Positions 49,066-61,072 of a stretch of DNA of 64,000 nt are shown here, piece by piece. The stretch is from contig NC_059438.1 in the NCBI RefSeq assembly GCF_021028975.2, positions 28,024,001 through 28,088,000 of the forward strand, written 5' to 3'. The notes beneath the pieces are model-generated. The model had not been told where the DNA came from. It did not search any database and was given only the letters and a program-made list of their open reading frames with translations. Each line of letters begins with the position of its first letter. The stretch's first letter is position 1. This stretch comes from Sphaerodactylus townsendi. Lineage: Eukaryota. A program made the translations under genes and the position numbers.

Positions 49066-49422
49066 GTAAGGCCCCCCTTTGTCTTCCTGGAGCTCCATCT
49101 ACGTGCTATGAGAGCCAAAGTATTTGGTGGGTTTCAAGGGTATTCAACTAGGGAGCTAGAGTGGCGAGGCAGAGAAGCGCCATCAGAAAAGTGAAGGCAG
49201 TTCTGAGCGTACCAAGCATGTTTGGCCTCATTCTTGCATGATACAACACTTAGCCTGGGGATTAGCAGCGCTGGAGATTTTTTTCTTGCCCTGGTACTCA
49301 GCTCCTTCTCTTCCTTGACTTTGCTCTGCTTTCATAAAGGGCTGAGATGCTCCAGAAACCAATGGATGTGATAGGTGAAACCAAGGCCCGCCATTCGTGG
49401 CAAGTCTGGTGATACTATGCAG

Positions 49423-50157
49423 TTAGAATCAAAGAATCATAGAGTTGGAAGAGACCCCAAGGGCCATCAAGTCCAACCCCCTGCAATGCAGGAACACATT
49501 CTACTCTAGAGCTGTGGCTATGCTAAACTCCGCTGCTTCATATTGTTGTATTTGCTGTATTGAGGCTGTGTAGGGATGGGTGGAGGAAGGGGAAAGTGAG
49601 GATGATGTATGAGTCTGAAATTGTGTGTATCGAGGAATGCTGCTGTAAATTTCGTTGTGCGTGCACAATGACAATAAAATGCTTATGCTTATGCTTATAA
49701 TCAAAGCACTCTCGACATATGTTCATCCAGCCTCCATTTAAAAACCTCCAAAGAAAGAGACTCCACAATTCTCTGAGGCAGTGTCCAGTGTCGAACAGCT
49801 CTGACAGTCAGGAAGTTCTTCCTTATGTTTAGGTGGAATCTCTTTTCCTTTACCTTGAATCCATTACTCCTTGTCCTAATCTCTGAGGCAGCAGAAAACA
49901 AGCTTGCTCCCTCTTCGACATTGCATCCCTTCAGATATTTAAACATAGCTATCATGTCCCCACTTAAAGTATGCTTCTCCAGACTAAACATCCACAGCTC
50001 CCTCAGCCTCTCTTCATAGGGCAGAGACTCCAGACCTTTTATCATTTTGGTTGCCCTCCTCTGGACCCGTTCCAGCTTGTCAATATCCTTCTTGAATTGC
50101 AGTGCCCAGAACTGTACACAATATTCCAGGTGAGGTCTAACCAATGCAGAATAGAGA
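49423..50157 (-). mobile_element. CR1 LINE 3' end (ORF2 C-terminus plus tail), interrupted at 49499-49698
   Basis: [12 protein letters not shown]...[16 protein letters not shown] is CR1 ORF2; (ATTCTATG)-type tail at 49423-49445. Confidence 0.92.
49499..49698 (+). mobile_element. Rex1/Babar-like LINE 3' end nested in CR1
   Basis: aaatttcgttgtgcgtgcacaatgacaataaa followed by a (TGCTTA)n tail; CR1 sequence resumes on both sides. Confidence 0.65.
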
Positions 50158-50838
50158 GGCTAACTCTACTAGGCATGGCGACTTGGGATAACCCTGGATA
50201 CGTGTCACTTTCATTTTGGCATTGCAGGCAGGTAAATATTTAGATGTTTACACCTTGCTTCTCTCCTCCTGGGGACTCAAAGCTTCTTACAGCATCCCTT
50301 CTGAGCAAAATCTCGTGTAGAAGGCGGTGCTGTACAAATTGGCAAGATCAACCACTTGGCTATACACATGTATTTTCTATTATGGCTTCCACCTTCTGGA
50401 ATGGCCTATCTGAGGAAGTTATGAAGACTTTCATGCTCCTGTCATTCTGTAAACTATGTAAAACAATCACTTAGGAGGGCATGTCTTTAAAACTTGTATT
50501 TGAGAAGGTACTTGAATGAGACCACTTTGCAGTACTACGCATTATCTGTTGTGCTGTATGTATTAACTTCCTACTACCTCATACCATTAACTTGCGATTA
50601 CCTCATACCATTTTCTGCACTGTTTAGCACATTTAATACTTTCTGCTTTGTTTTAAATTTCTGTAATCCCATTCCAATTACATTGTTTATGACAGTCATA
50701 CCATTTTAGGCCCCAGTGGGGTCTGTCTGGAGTGTATCAAGCAGGGAGGTTGCCCAGACGTTCCCTTCCTCTTTGGCTGAACCTCTGACATTTCTCTCCT
50801 GCTGCCTGAACATCTGGATGTCTGCTTTTTTCGCACAG

Positions 50839-50989
50839 GCTGGCAGAAGTGAAGGGGATGGCTGACCGGATCATTGGCATGCGGACTCAGCTGGTGGCAA
50901 ATCTGAAAAAAGAAGGCTCCTCTCACAACTGGCAACACATCACTGACCAGATAGGCATGTTCTGCTTCACGGGCCTGAAGCCTGAACAA
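50839..50989 (+). CDS. GOT2: GOT2 exon 9 (151 bp)
   Basis: gcacag|GCTGGCA...GAACAA|gtaagt; [50 protein letters not shown]. Confidence 0.97.
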
Positions 50990-51392
50990 GTAAGTGAGGG
51001 TCTGGTCAGGATGTGTGACAAAATGGAGATTAGAAAAAGGTGTCCCTTGTGTAAGCCCCATCCCCAAGCCATGTGTTCATTGCCATTGGCTGCAAGTTTA
51101 AATACCTCATCATCACCATAGTCATCACCACCACACTTAGCCTTTTATATAATAGGATTACTTTTAGCTACAGTAGGCCAAAAGGGAAGTGTGGCATTTA
51201 GTGAACTAGAGCCCCATGGTGGCAGACTCAGCTGATGTTTGCTTCATGTCATTTGAAATTTTTTGCTGTTGTCCTAGTCCGGGAGGAAGTTACTTACTAC
51301 GTGTGGCCCCTTTTGGATCAGAACTTGCTGGCCTGGGAAAAGAGGCTTGATTCAGAACAGTCCTAAAGCAGCTGGTTTGGTTTACTTTCCAG

Positions 51393-51515
51393 GTGGAGCG
51401 GCTAACCAAGGAGTTCTCCATCTACATGACCAAGGATGGACGCATCTCAGTTGCAGGCGTGACATCTGGCAACGTGGCTTACCTGGCTCACGCCATCCAT
51501 GAGGTCTCCAAGTAA
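51393..51515 (+). CDS. GOT2: GOT2 exon 10 coding part to TAA; total CDS 1269 nt, 422 aa
   Basis: ttccag|GTGGAG...AAGTAA; [40 protein letters not shown]. Confidence 0.97.
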   Translation: MERLTKEFSIYMTKDGRISVAGVTSGNVAYLAHAIHEVSK

Positions 51516-53053
51516 ACTGGGAGTTGAGTAAGCTCGGATGGCCTTCCCTTCCACCTTCTTTGGACACTTGGACTTCAGAGAATGGGAGAAATGAAGGACA
51601 GCTGTTTTCTCCATGGCACTTAACCATCACTGAATGTATTTCTGTTCTCTCCCCCCTCCCACCAGCATTGCTTGGCTCTAGGCAAAGCTGTTGGCACACG
51701 TTCTTTTCCTGCCTTCCAAAGAACCCACCTATATGTTAACCAAAAATGGACCCTTGCATACTTCTAGAGGTTGCAAGGGAACCGGTTCAAATATGCCCAT
51801 CTTGAGTGTCTTGTCACCAAACATGGTGATGGTAGGGTGGCTACTTCAGCTCTTGTGGCATTCTGGTCTGTCTTTTCACGATCTTTCTTTTCCCCATGAA
51901 CATGGACTGGTTTTCTGAGCTGATCTCAAAGAGCAAAACATTACAGAGGTTTGTGCTTCACAAGAGTTTTTTTTTCTTCTCCTGGGCATTTTGGAGGGCG
52001 GTTGAACGTCCTGATTCTTTTTTTCCCCAAGGCAGACAAGGGCATTGAATGTCCCTCTCCTCCCCACCCCCAGTGGCTGCAGCTATTGAAGAGGTCTGGA
52101 TGTCCAAAGTGTGATCTATTTCTGATGGCATTTATAAATTGGCTGGCTTTTAATTGAAACGTGTGTCCCTTGCAGTGTTCCTTTGGGGGGGTGTATTGCA
52201 AACTTTTTGAAATAATTTCTCTTGGTGAGAGGTTTCCAAACACCATTTAGAATGCTGAAACCAAGCCAGTATTTTTCTTTCAGTACTGCACAAGGGGGGG
52301 TTTTGCATTTCTGGGGGATGACCATGAAAAGGCTACATCCTTCACCCTTCTGTTCAGCCACATATGAAGTCTTCCTCCAGCAGAAGAATTATTTACATTG
52401 GAGGAATGTTCTTTAGACTAGAGCGATGCATCAGACGTGGCTGAATGGAGTGGTAGGTTAGAAGCCAAGAAATGATGTATCGTATCTTTGGCCTGAGCAA
52501 GTCAAGTCTGGGAGGGAAACTTACATTCGCTTTAATCTCTGTTTTGGGAAGCCTTGTAGAATCCTTTCACATCTGGAGGAGGGACTTGGGCATCCTCTGC
52601 CGTTAGTTCAAAGTGCCAGCTCAGACTTGCTATTCCCAGTCTTTATGTGTCTTCTACCTGGTATAGAATCTTTAGAACAAGTCTGATATTTTTGCAGTCT
52701 CTCTGCAAGCACAGCCCTTGCTATCTGGGCCTGAGTATTGCACAGTGGCATTTTCCAGAGATGAAGCCTGGGTACTGGCTCCCCTTCTCCCCTTGATGGC
52801 AGGGACAAGCATCTTCCCTTTCAGTTCTGCACTACAGAGAACTTGTCCAGGGGTTTCTGCTCCTTCAGCTTTTCCCTTGGCGGGTTCCTTGCCCCTTGTA
52901 TGGTGCAGTGTGGCTCCTCTTAAAATGGTGACACATCTGTGGGAGATCACACTAGCATCACATCCAACCTTGGCTGCCACCACAACCTTTGTTCAGAGGG
53001 AGAACAGAAGACCAAGTTTTCATAGTCTCAGGCTTCCCAAATAAGGCCACAGC

Positions 53054-53059
53054 AATAAA
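53054..53059 (+). terminator. GOT2: Candidate proximal GOT2 poly(A) signal
   Basis: AATAAA about 1.5 kb after the stop, with GT/T-rich sequence downstream. Confidence 0.4.
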
Positions 53060-53934
53060 ATCCTTAGACTTCTGAAGCACAGTTTTAGTTGGGCTGTTGT
53101 CACTCCTCTTTCACTTCCACAAGTCTAGTTTACCCACACCCATGTCTGCAGTTTTTAAGGTTATGACGGCAAGTAGGGCAAGAACTGAGAAACAAGGCCG
53201 GGCTGCAAGCTCATGTGTCCCGGGGCCTGCTGTCCATCTTTGATTGTGGGGAGGGATTTCTTTGGGACAGAATGTGGGGATCATCCCTTCGCTTTTTAGG
53301 TGAAGAAGCAGGTGCAACCAGAAAGAGACCTACTGAAATATCCGCTTCTCTCCAACAAGAAGACAGCCAGTCTGACTTTTTTGAGAATCAGTTCCCTCTT
53401 TTCAGTGTCTTGCTTTCCACTGCAGTTCTACCTTTGCCTTATCAATGCTGATCCTGGGTCATTTTTGATTTTTCAATTTGATTTGCACCCCTGGCTTTCT
53501 GGTCTGGCTCGGGCTGCCAAGCCTTGTGGCTCCGTTGGTGATGAGTAAGTGCCAAAGCGTACATCTCGCATGGAGGAAAGGTGCAAGTACCAGAATTCAT
53601 TCTCACAACTGACTGAGAAGACTGTCTTGGCTCTGCTGGCCAGAGCACAATATGTGCTTTCAGCTGGAATGAGAACTTCTTTCGAGGAAGTTTCCTTGGG
53701 ATGGTTTCTTGAAAGTTAAATGAATTAGACCGTTTCTCCCTAACCCCCTTTTCATTTGTCAATCTCTGGCCTATCTGTCTGCCAGAGGTTGTAATGGGGC
53801 ATCTGCTGGTCAAGTCAGCATTCGGGTAGCTGCATCTCTTGTTTCCTTGAGGTCAATAGCAGAATTTTCCTTTGGAGAGCTGAAAAAAGTACTGCTAGCT
53901 AGAAAGACTGTAGAGCCTCACAGATCTCCATTCT

Positions 53935-54032
53935 ATCAGCCCCTACCAGCATGGCCAATTGGCCATGCTGACAGAGGCTGATGGGAATTGTAGTTCCTGA
54001 ACATCTGGAGAGCCGCAGGTTCCCTACCCCTG
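53935..54032. mobile_element. Truncated inverted copy of the 4352-4499 palindromic MITE
   Basis: Reverse complement of the corresponding part of that MITE; followed by gactagag (CTAG core). Confidence 0.9.
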
Positions 54033-54334
54033 GACTAGAGGCCCTTTCTTATCAGAGAGAGAACAGGACCATACACCAGTGGTGGAGGCAGTCGGTGCAT
54101 TCAGCACATCTTCTAAATGTGCTTTGGCAAGAGCACTAAACTTTCCCAACGCTTGGTCTTTGTGTTGCTGCTTTCCCAGAGGTGTTAGAAGGGGGTCATC
54201 TCTATCCTGTGATTCTCACCTGCCTTTTAGCTGTCTGATTCCTGCCCTTGCCTCCTTGCCTTTTTCCTGGAGAATCTTATTGCCATTCAGTATAAATCAT
54301 GTAGGCCTTCATACAGCCTGTTTGTTTCAATGAT

Positions 54335-54340
54335 AATAAA
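54335..54340 (+). terminator. GOT2: Candidate distal GOT2 poly(A) signal
   Basis: AATAAA followed about 30 nt later by GTGATTTTTTTTT, a downstream U-rich element. Confidence 0.45.
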
Positions 54341-54720
54341 ACTGCTGTTCATCTGAGCTCCTTTGACGTGATTTTTTTTTAGCGGGTTGCTAGCTCCAAG
54401 CAAATGGACAGTGTACACCACCCAGCATCTATAGTATGATCATTGAACAGGGCTTCTTGGTTCACAGTGCCATGTTAGATCGAAACACTTCACGTTTTTA
54501 CATCCATGTACAATGAAGGTAGTTTTATCACACCCATGCAGACATGTGAACATTCAGATTAACAAGGTTTGTGCAGGGAGCTGAAAACCAGGACCTATTA
54601 CCTAAAGAGATGGCTGTGAGAAGCAAATCTTCAGTAGGAAAAGGATGGCAGAAACCTGATTTTAAGGAATATGGAGTTTATGCTAAGCAAATACTAGCAT
54701 TACTAATTCAAAGCACAGAT

Positions 54721-54813
54721 GCAGTCCTTATCCTAGCTTACATAGCGACAACAACCAAACATTCAGTGCATTCCTTATCCTAGCTAACATAGTAACAACA
54801 ACCAAACATTCAG
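54721..54813. repeat. 2 x 47-bp diverged tandem duplication
   Basis: gca(g/t)tccttatcctagct(t/a)acatag(cg/ta)acaacaaccaaacattcag occurs twice. Confidence 0.9.
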
Positions 54814-55608
54814 CAGAGCTGCTCAAGTTTGGAGTAGGGGTTACTCTTTGTGGTAAAGATGTGACTGGAGAAATGAGGAATAAGACAGAGGAGACATGAA
54901 ATCAGTTGAGACAGATGTGTCCAGTCTTCCAGATGTGAGGGTCTTGCTCTCTTTGTAGCAAAAGTGTGGTTTGGAAAATAAAGAGAGATAGACCAAGATG
55001 GAGAAAAAATATATATACTTTTCCTGTTCTTTGAAAAACCTGATGAAAGAAGAATGCTGACAGCCTCTGCTGCAGTCCAGTTTGTAGCCCATGTCAGACC
55101 CAATTTACTGGCTCTACTGCCAGGTTAGTTCTACTGTTTCTGGCCCATCGCAGAAAATGGGGTCTTTTGGGAATAAAAAGATTATGACCAAGGCAAGTAA
55201 TCAGGAGAAAAACATAGAACTGATTAAATGGTACCAGGGGAACAGTAACAGAAAGGGAAATTTTTGATTGAATTATAATTCCAGATTACAAAACCAGAGA
55301 CATAAAACTGAGTAATATATTTGGCAGGAACTTTGAGGGAAAATGAGAAGATTTGAATCGGAGGTTCCCCTCTGTCACAGGGCTCAACAGCTGAATTGCG
55401 TTAATGGTTTGTGACTGAATACATCTTTGGTCTTCTGGTCTGGCTTAATTTTGTTTGTTCTGTTGGCACTCCTTCATTTCTTTCAAAAAGGCTTCCTTGG
55501 AAGTGTTTGTTGTGGCTGTTGCTGTAAGCAATCCTCTGCTTTATCCTACCCTTCCTCCAAAGGGCTGTCTACACAGTTCCCCCGCCAGTTTCAGTCAGCA
55601 CACTTCAT

Positions 55609-55739
55609 GTGTAGGAGTGCGAAAATCCATCTGGTCCACCAGATAAGCCTCTGCCACTTAGGTGGAGGAGTGGGGAATCAAACCCAGTTCTCCAGTTTAG
55701 AATCTACCTGCTCTTAACCACTACACCACACTGGGTCTC
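55609..55739 (-). mobile_element. Squam3-like SINE head abutting the SLC38A7 promoter
   Basis: ggggaatcaaacccagttctcc...cttaaccactacacca. Confidence 0.8.
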
Positions 55740-55749
55740 AGAGTAGATG

Positions 55750-56200
55750 GACTCCGAGTATGAGAGAGGCACCTCCGCTCCAGAGTCCCTCAAAAGGGAC
55801 CCGGATGAAAAGCGTGCGTTCCCGTCCAGCGCCGTAGGTGCGCACTACGCCCCTCTCGCTTCTGCAGGCGATCTCGCCCGGGCGCCGGCTGTATCGCCTC
55901 CAGGGTCAAGGAACTACATTTCCCGGCGTGCAGTACTGTAAGGGGGGGGGGCCCGCACGTTATCACGTGACGTTAGTCAGCTGAGTAGCTGCGGGAGCCG
56001 GTGTGAAGGCGGTAAGTGGCGGGTCGCGTTTAGAGATTTGGCACAAGCGGGCGGCACGCCCCGCGGGCGGAAAGCAATCTGCTTTGTGGCGGCGGCTGGC
56101 TTTCTGTTTGCAAGGGGAAGGGATCCATTATAGCCTTTACATTCCGGTGTGATGCAAGCGGGGATACAGAGGGAGCGAAATTTGCCGCGCTGAAATGTTG
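55750..56200. promoter_or_regulatory. SLC38A7: SLC38A7 CpG-island promoter with a ZNF143/THAP11-type motif and a CLEAR-like E-box
   Basis: CpG-rich; ACTACATTTCCCGGCGTGCA at 55913-55932; TCACGTGAC at 55963-55971. Confidence 0.8.
55972..56011 (+). other. SLC38A7: Probable non-coding first exon of SLC38A7 (5' end approximate)
   Basis: Strong donor GCG|GTAAGT at 56011/56012, just downstream of the promoter motifs. Confidence 0.65.
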
Positions 56201-56749
56201 CATGGCTATGGATGATTTTTCCCCCCCTACAAACGGGACTATAAAATTTTGGGTGGGTTTTTTTTTGGGGGGGGGGATATTCTCTTACGCACAAGCAATT
56301 GATGTTTGGTGCTGGAAAAGATGCTCGGATGCTGAAGGCCATGGATGTAAACCAGTTTGGGGTCCCTTTGTGTGCTTTCAAGCTAGTTACAAAGGGCGAC
56401 TGTGATAGAAAGTATGGGTTCATCTGGGGACATGTGCAGTATCGAAGAGAAGGTAACTGGGAAAAAACCCCGCGATCTTCCTCTCCTAGGATTATTTAAT
56501 CTCTCAGGGGCTTGACCCCTCCCCCCTTTCCCTGTTGACTGGCTCCAAGGTAGCATTCCCTCTGAAGAATTCCTGAACTCACCCAATTTTAAAGGATTAC
56601 CACCCACCCACCCCCTTTGGTTAACAGAGCCCTATTTTACTGCACACCTGACAATTCTCTGAGCAGTCAAAAGACCCCAGCCTTCTTGTGGGTGGCTGTG
56701 TTGTCATCTGCTCAGCTGTGTTTTGCTTTGAAAGGCAGCAGCTAGGTGA

Positions 56750-56795
56750 GAGAAACAGCAACTGTTCATTCAGAGAAACAGCAACTGTTCATTCA
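56750..56795. repeat. Perfect 2 x 23-bp tandem duplication
   Basis: gagaaacagcaactgttcattca occurs twice. Confidence 0.9.
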
Positions 56796-56957
56796 ATTTT
56801 TTTTCCTGGCCAGTCCTCAAGTGTCTCTGAACTTCACCCTAGTGAGCCAAATTGTTTTTCCGCTGAGCCTAGCAGGAAATTGCTACATGATGCATCTGGC
56901 TGGTTGAACAACCAATAAACAAGGGCAACAAGTGATTTGGGTGACTTCCTTTTTCAG

Positions 56958-57075
56958 GATTCATCTTATCTGGTTCAGGGGCAAACACACTTACCAGTAA
57001 AGTCTGTGGAGAGCCACTGATAGCCAGAAGCGAGCGGCATCTTTGTGATGCTGGCGGGGCCCCATGACAACAGGG
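56958..57075 (+). other. SLC38A7: Possible non-coding exon 2 of SLC38A7
   Basis: Acceptor gtgacttccttttcag-type pyrimidine tract; donor GGG|gtaaaa is weak. Confidence 0.35.
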
Positions 57076-57926
57076 GTAAAAAGACTCCCTTGTATTTTTT
57101 TCCAATAAAATAATTTGCTAGACCTTTACTGTCTCCCTTTGATTAGTGGAAGGAAAATTTACTACACAGAATAACCCCACATTTGTAGTTCATTTAGGTA
57201 ATATAATTTTGGTGCATGATCTGGATTTTTGTAAAGCCTGTATTTTATGCCACCCATAGACCTGTCTGGATCTGGTAGATCCTTGTCAGTAGGGGGCACT
57301 TGTGTACCTTTCCACATGCCTGAGACTGAGAGAGAAGGACCCTTCCGTCACCCTGGTTCTTCACCTGTCTCCTGATTCTGCCGTATTCAACTACAGGAGC
57401 AATAGCCTTTGTTTTTGCCTTATGAGGAGCCTGGCTTACCCTGGGGCCAGGCCCTCTGAGGCTTAACGCCTCTCGATCTCCAATAGGATCTGAGCAATTA
57501 TTGTGGAAAGCTGTTGATGCCCCGCATCCCATCTATAACTCATCTCCTTGTTTTCCTGTTCCTGTCTCAAGGCTGCATCTAAGCTGCTCATTTCCTGCAG
57601 AGATGTCTCTAATGGAATCCTCTGCAATAAGGGAGGAATTTTGAATGTGTCTGTGTCCCCTGAGAACAGCTGAGAGGTAGCTTTCTGATCCCTTCTCCCA
57701 TAAAAAAGCTGTCGTTACATGGACCATAATAGAGCAGGGTAGCCCATTTTACTGGCAAGATCCCCAACACCCTGGCCCATATTTTGATGGCTTCTCAAAG
57801 TTCTTTTGACAAAGTTGACAGGGTTTCCCAGCTGACCCTTCTTTTTGGCTTCTGGCTGTCAACGTGGCCCAGGTAGTCCACATTATCCCTGGCTTTCAAA
57901 AGGCAACATTCAGCCAGCTTCAGAGT

Positions 57927-58358
57927 CAGAGATTACTGATTTTTTTGAGCCTATGGGAACCTTTGGAGTTTTGACACAGAGTGATGGGTGCAACCACAAA
58001 ATGGCTGCCACAGGAGAACTCACCGCAAAGTGGCAGGAAGTGAAGTCATGCATCACTCTAATAGCAACTCATCAGTATTTCAGGCTGAAGCTCTGCTTAA
58101 TAGGGTGCTTGTTAAAATGGACATAGTGTTTTAAAATGTTTTCTGGCGGGCATACACAAAAAGCTTACCCTTAGTCATGCATGAAGATCCTTGCATTGTG
58201 GTGGCAGCTGCTGCTGAAACAACTTTTTGAACATTTGCACAGCCAATCAGAAGCCCTACTGAGTAAAAACCTCACCCATTAAAAGCCCACTTGGTGGGTG
58301 TCAGGAAAGCTGTTAGTGGGCACCATGTCACCCACGGACACCACATTGGGGACCCATG
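57927..58358. mobile_element. Decayed hAT non-autonomous element (inverted partial copy at about 46110-46192)
   Basis: CAG...ggggacccatg ends; TSD-like ttcagagt/ctctgagt. Confidence 0.55.
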
Positions 58359-59093
58359 CTCTGAGTCATTACATTGCAGAAACACCTCTTGTCACAGCCT
58401 ACACTGTCTTCCTGCCCTGAGCACCATCTCAAGCAACCAAACTGGTGATGAGTCTGCATGAATTTGTATTTGATACCCCATGCATGGGATAAACCAGGCA
58501 GGAGGTTTTGTGGAAACAGATCAGTCTTGAAAACTGTTGATTGATGATACTTGCTGTCATCCTGGGTAGAATCAGATCAACCCTACACCTGTGCTAGCAC
58601 ATAGTGTTGCCCTAAGTACTGTGTCATAGAATGGCTAAGGGCACTTCCTAATCAAAGACAGTGCAGAATAAATGCACCTTTCAATGCAGCTCTCGATTTT
58701 ATCAAAGCTGAATAGCAAAAACCCACTCTTGCAAAACAACTTTGTGAAAGTGGGATTGGAAAGCTAACATTATTCTGCATTTTTTGCGCGAAAGGAAGCC
58801 CCTTTGGAATAACAGTATAACCTCTTGCTTTAAGGATGGTAATTTGGGCAAATGTTTAATAACTGGGGCCTGGCAGTGTTGAAGAACAGGCTCTTTTTCC
58901 ATGCACTGAATGCTAACTTTCTTCTTCTGGGTTCTTCTAGGAGCACCATCCACTGACCCCCCAACTTTGAAGGGGGGGCCCTCATCTGAGCTTGACATGT
59001 CCCTCCTGGATGCTAAGCTCTTGTAAGGGTAATGCCTTGGGTTTCTCCAGGCATGCGACTTGGACCAGGTTTGGTTTGGGACTGATAGTTGCC

Positions 59094-59354
59094 ATGGCCC
59101 AGAACAATGCAGGGATCAACAGCGACTATGAAGACTGGTCCTGGAGCACAGATGCCGGCGAGCGGGCCAGGCTGCTGCAGAGCCCCTGTGTGGAGGTGGG
59201 ACCCAGGAGTGCCGAGGAACAGCGGCCTGCAGCCACCTCGATCCTTGGGGCCATTTTCATTGTGGTGAATGCGGCCCTTGGGGCTGGGCTCCTCAACTTC
59301 CCAGCAGCCTTCAGCATGGCAGGTGGTGTAGCGGCAGGCATTGCCATGCAGATG
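59094..59354 (+). CDS. SLC38A7: SLC38A7 (SNAT7) first coding exon; exon probably begins at 58941 or 59051
   Basis: gccATGG; [32 protein letters not shown]...[36 protein letters not shown]|gtaagc. Confidence 0.95.
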
Positions 59355-59803
59355 GTAAGCGTGGAAAGGTGGTTTTGCACTAAGAGAAGAGGGGGATGGG
59401 CTGGCTGAAACGGGGGATGTGGGGAGAGCTGTGTAGACAGCCCTTTGGAGGAAGGGTAGGATAAACATGGGAGAGAATATGGGGATCATTGCCAACCCCT
59501 GCCCTTCAACTTAGGGGAAGCGCTGATTGACATTGACTGTGTTAGTTATCTCTCTTGCATATGGGGAGTAGTTTTAAACAGTTGTTCCCTGGTCGTCTTC
59601 TCTGATGGCAACAGATAAATGGTGTGCTAAAATATATACCTGCAACTTCAGAATGCTCAGGACTAAGTATGAACGCTACACAAACCTGAGACTTCAAGAC
59701 TGGCCTATTTTGGTTCCAGTTGAAAAACTTGGATTTTGGCATTGCTTGTTGGTTCCCAGAAGCCATATCATTCATAAGGTGTTGTTCTGCCCCTTTGCTG
59801 CAG

Positions 59804-60002
59804 TGCATGCTCGTCTTCATCATCGGTGGCCTGGTCATCCTGGCCTACTGTTCCCAGGCCAGTAACGAGTCCACGTACCAGGAGGTGGTATGGGCTGTGT
59901 GTGGGAAGGTCACGGGGATCCTGTGTGAGATAGCCATCGCGGTCTACACGTTCGGCACCTGCATTGCCTTCCTCATCATCATCGGGGATCAGCAGGACAA
60001 AA
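59804..60002 (+). CDS. SLC38A7: SLC38A7 second coding exon (199 bp)
   Basis: ctgcag|TGCATG...GACAAAA|gtgagt; [35 protein letters not shown]...IIIGDQQDK. Confidence 0.96.
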
Positions 60003-60059
60003 GTGAGTGCAGGTTATGGGGAGTGTGGAGTGGTGGGAGATAAGCTGCATGGTTGCTTT

Positions 60060-60092
60060 GGTGGGGTGGGGTGGGGTGGGGTGGGGTGGGAG
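60060..60092 (+). repeat. (GGGGT)n microsatellite just downstream of an SLC38A7 donor site
   Basis: ggtggggtggggtggggtggggtggggtggg. Confidence 0.9.
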
Positions 60093-60780
60093 GGCTGCTA
60101 ACCCTCTTCAGTCTTATGCTTTGTAGAAGTTGTTCATTTCCATAGAAGCTAGAACTTCCCTGCAGCAGAACTCTCTGCTTCTCAAACACCTTTCTGGTTA
60201 TTTCCCTAGAGGGGGTAGCATTACCCTTGCTATGCACCAAGGGGCTGGCACATGGCAGCGCATTATGTTCTCATTTGGAGCACGCCCGGCAGGCATTATG
60301 ATGTATTTGTTAGAGTATTTATTTAAGTTACATTACTGGAACTCAAGGCAGATTATAGGTAGTGAGTGCAGCCAACAAAATGGGGCATTTAGTAACCAAT
60401 GTATTAGGATTTTAGAAGTCTGGAACCACTAGAAACAACTGAAACATAGCTGAAGTATTCACATGACACATTAACAGCCCAATTCGGGGGGTGGGTGAAG
60501 GGACACATGGAGGCTGTGTGGGTCTGCACCGATGGATTTGCCCTCAAGGCTTTTAACTGAGTCAGCAAAGGTAAGTTGAAAAGCAGGAACAATGTCCTTC
60601 AAGACCTCTTTATCTGCCTGCCTTTCCTCTTGGTTCAAGGGGTCCTACAGTAATAATTAAAAATGGCAAATTTAAACCAAAATACTATAAAATAAAACAA
60701 GAAAAGGTATACCCATCACTTCCTGGGCTTGTACCAGTAGGGTCCAAATGGACCTAGGGAGATGATGCTAGTGACATGTA

Positions 60781-61072
60781 GGAGCCAGCGTGATGTAGTA
60801 GTTAAGAGCAGGACGACTTTAATGTGGAGAACCGGATTTGATTCCCTGCTCCTCCTCCTGAGCAGCAGACCCTTATCTGGTGAACTGGGTTTATTTCCGC
60901 ACTCCTACACATGAAGCCTGCTGGGTGACCTTGGGCTAGTCACAGTTCTTTGGAACTCTTTCAGCCCCACCTGCCTCACAAGGTGTCTGTTGTGGGGAGT
61001 TTGTAAGCTGCCTTGAGTCTCCTTACAGAAAAGAAAGGCAGGGTAGAAATCCAAACTCCTCTACTCTTCTTC
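60781..61072 (+). mobile_element. Squam3-like SINE, followed by an older MIR-like SINE at about 61110-61330
   Basis: ggagccagcgtgatgtagtagttaagagc...aaatccaaactcctct. Confidence 0.82.

Noticed and set aside
49701-50144. 147-aa ORF as a host gene
   Set aside because: It is the CR1 ORF2 C-terminus.
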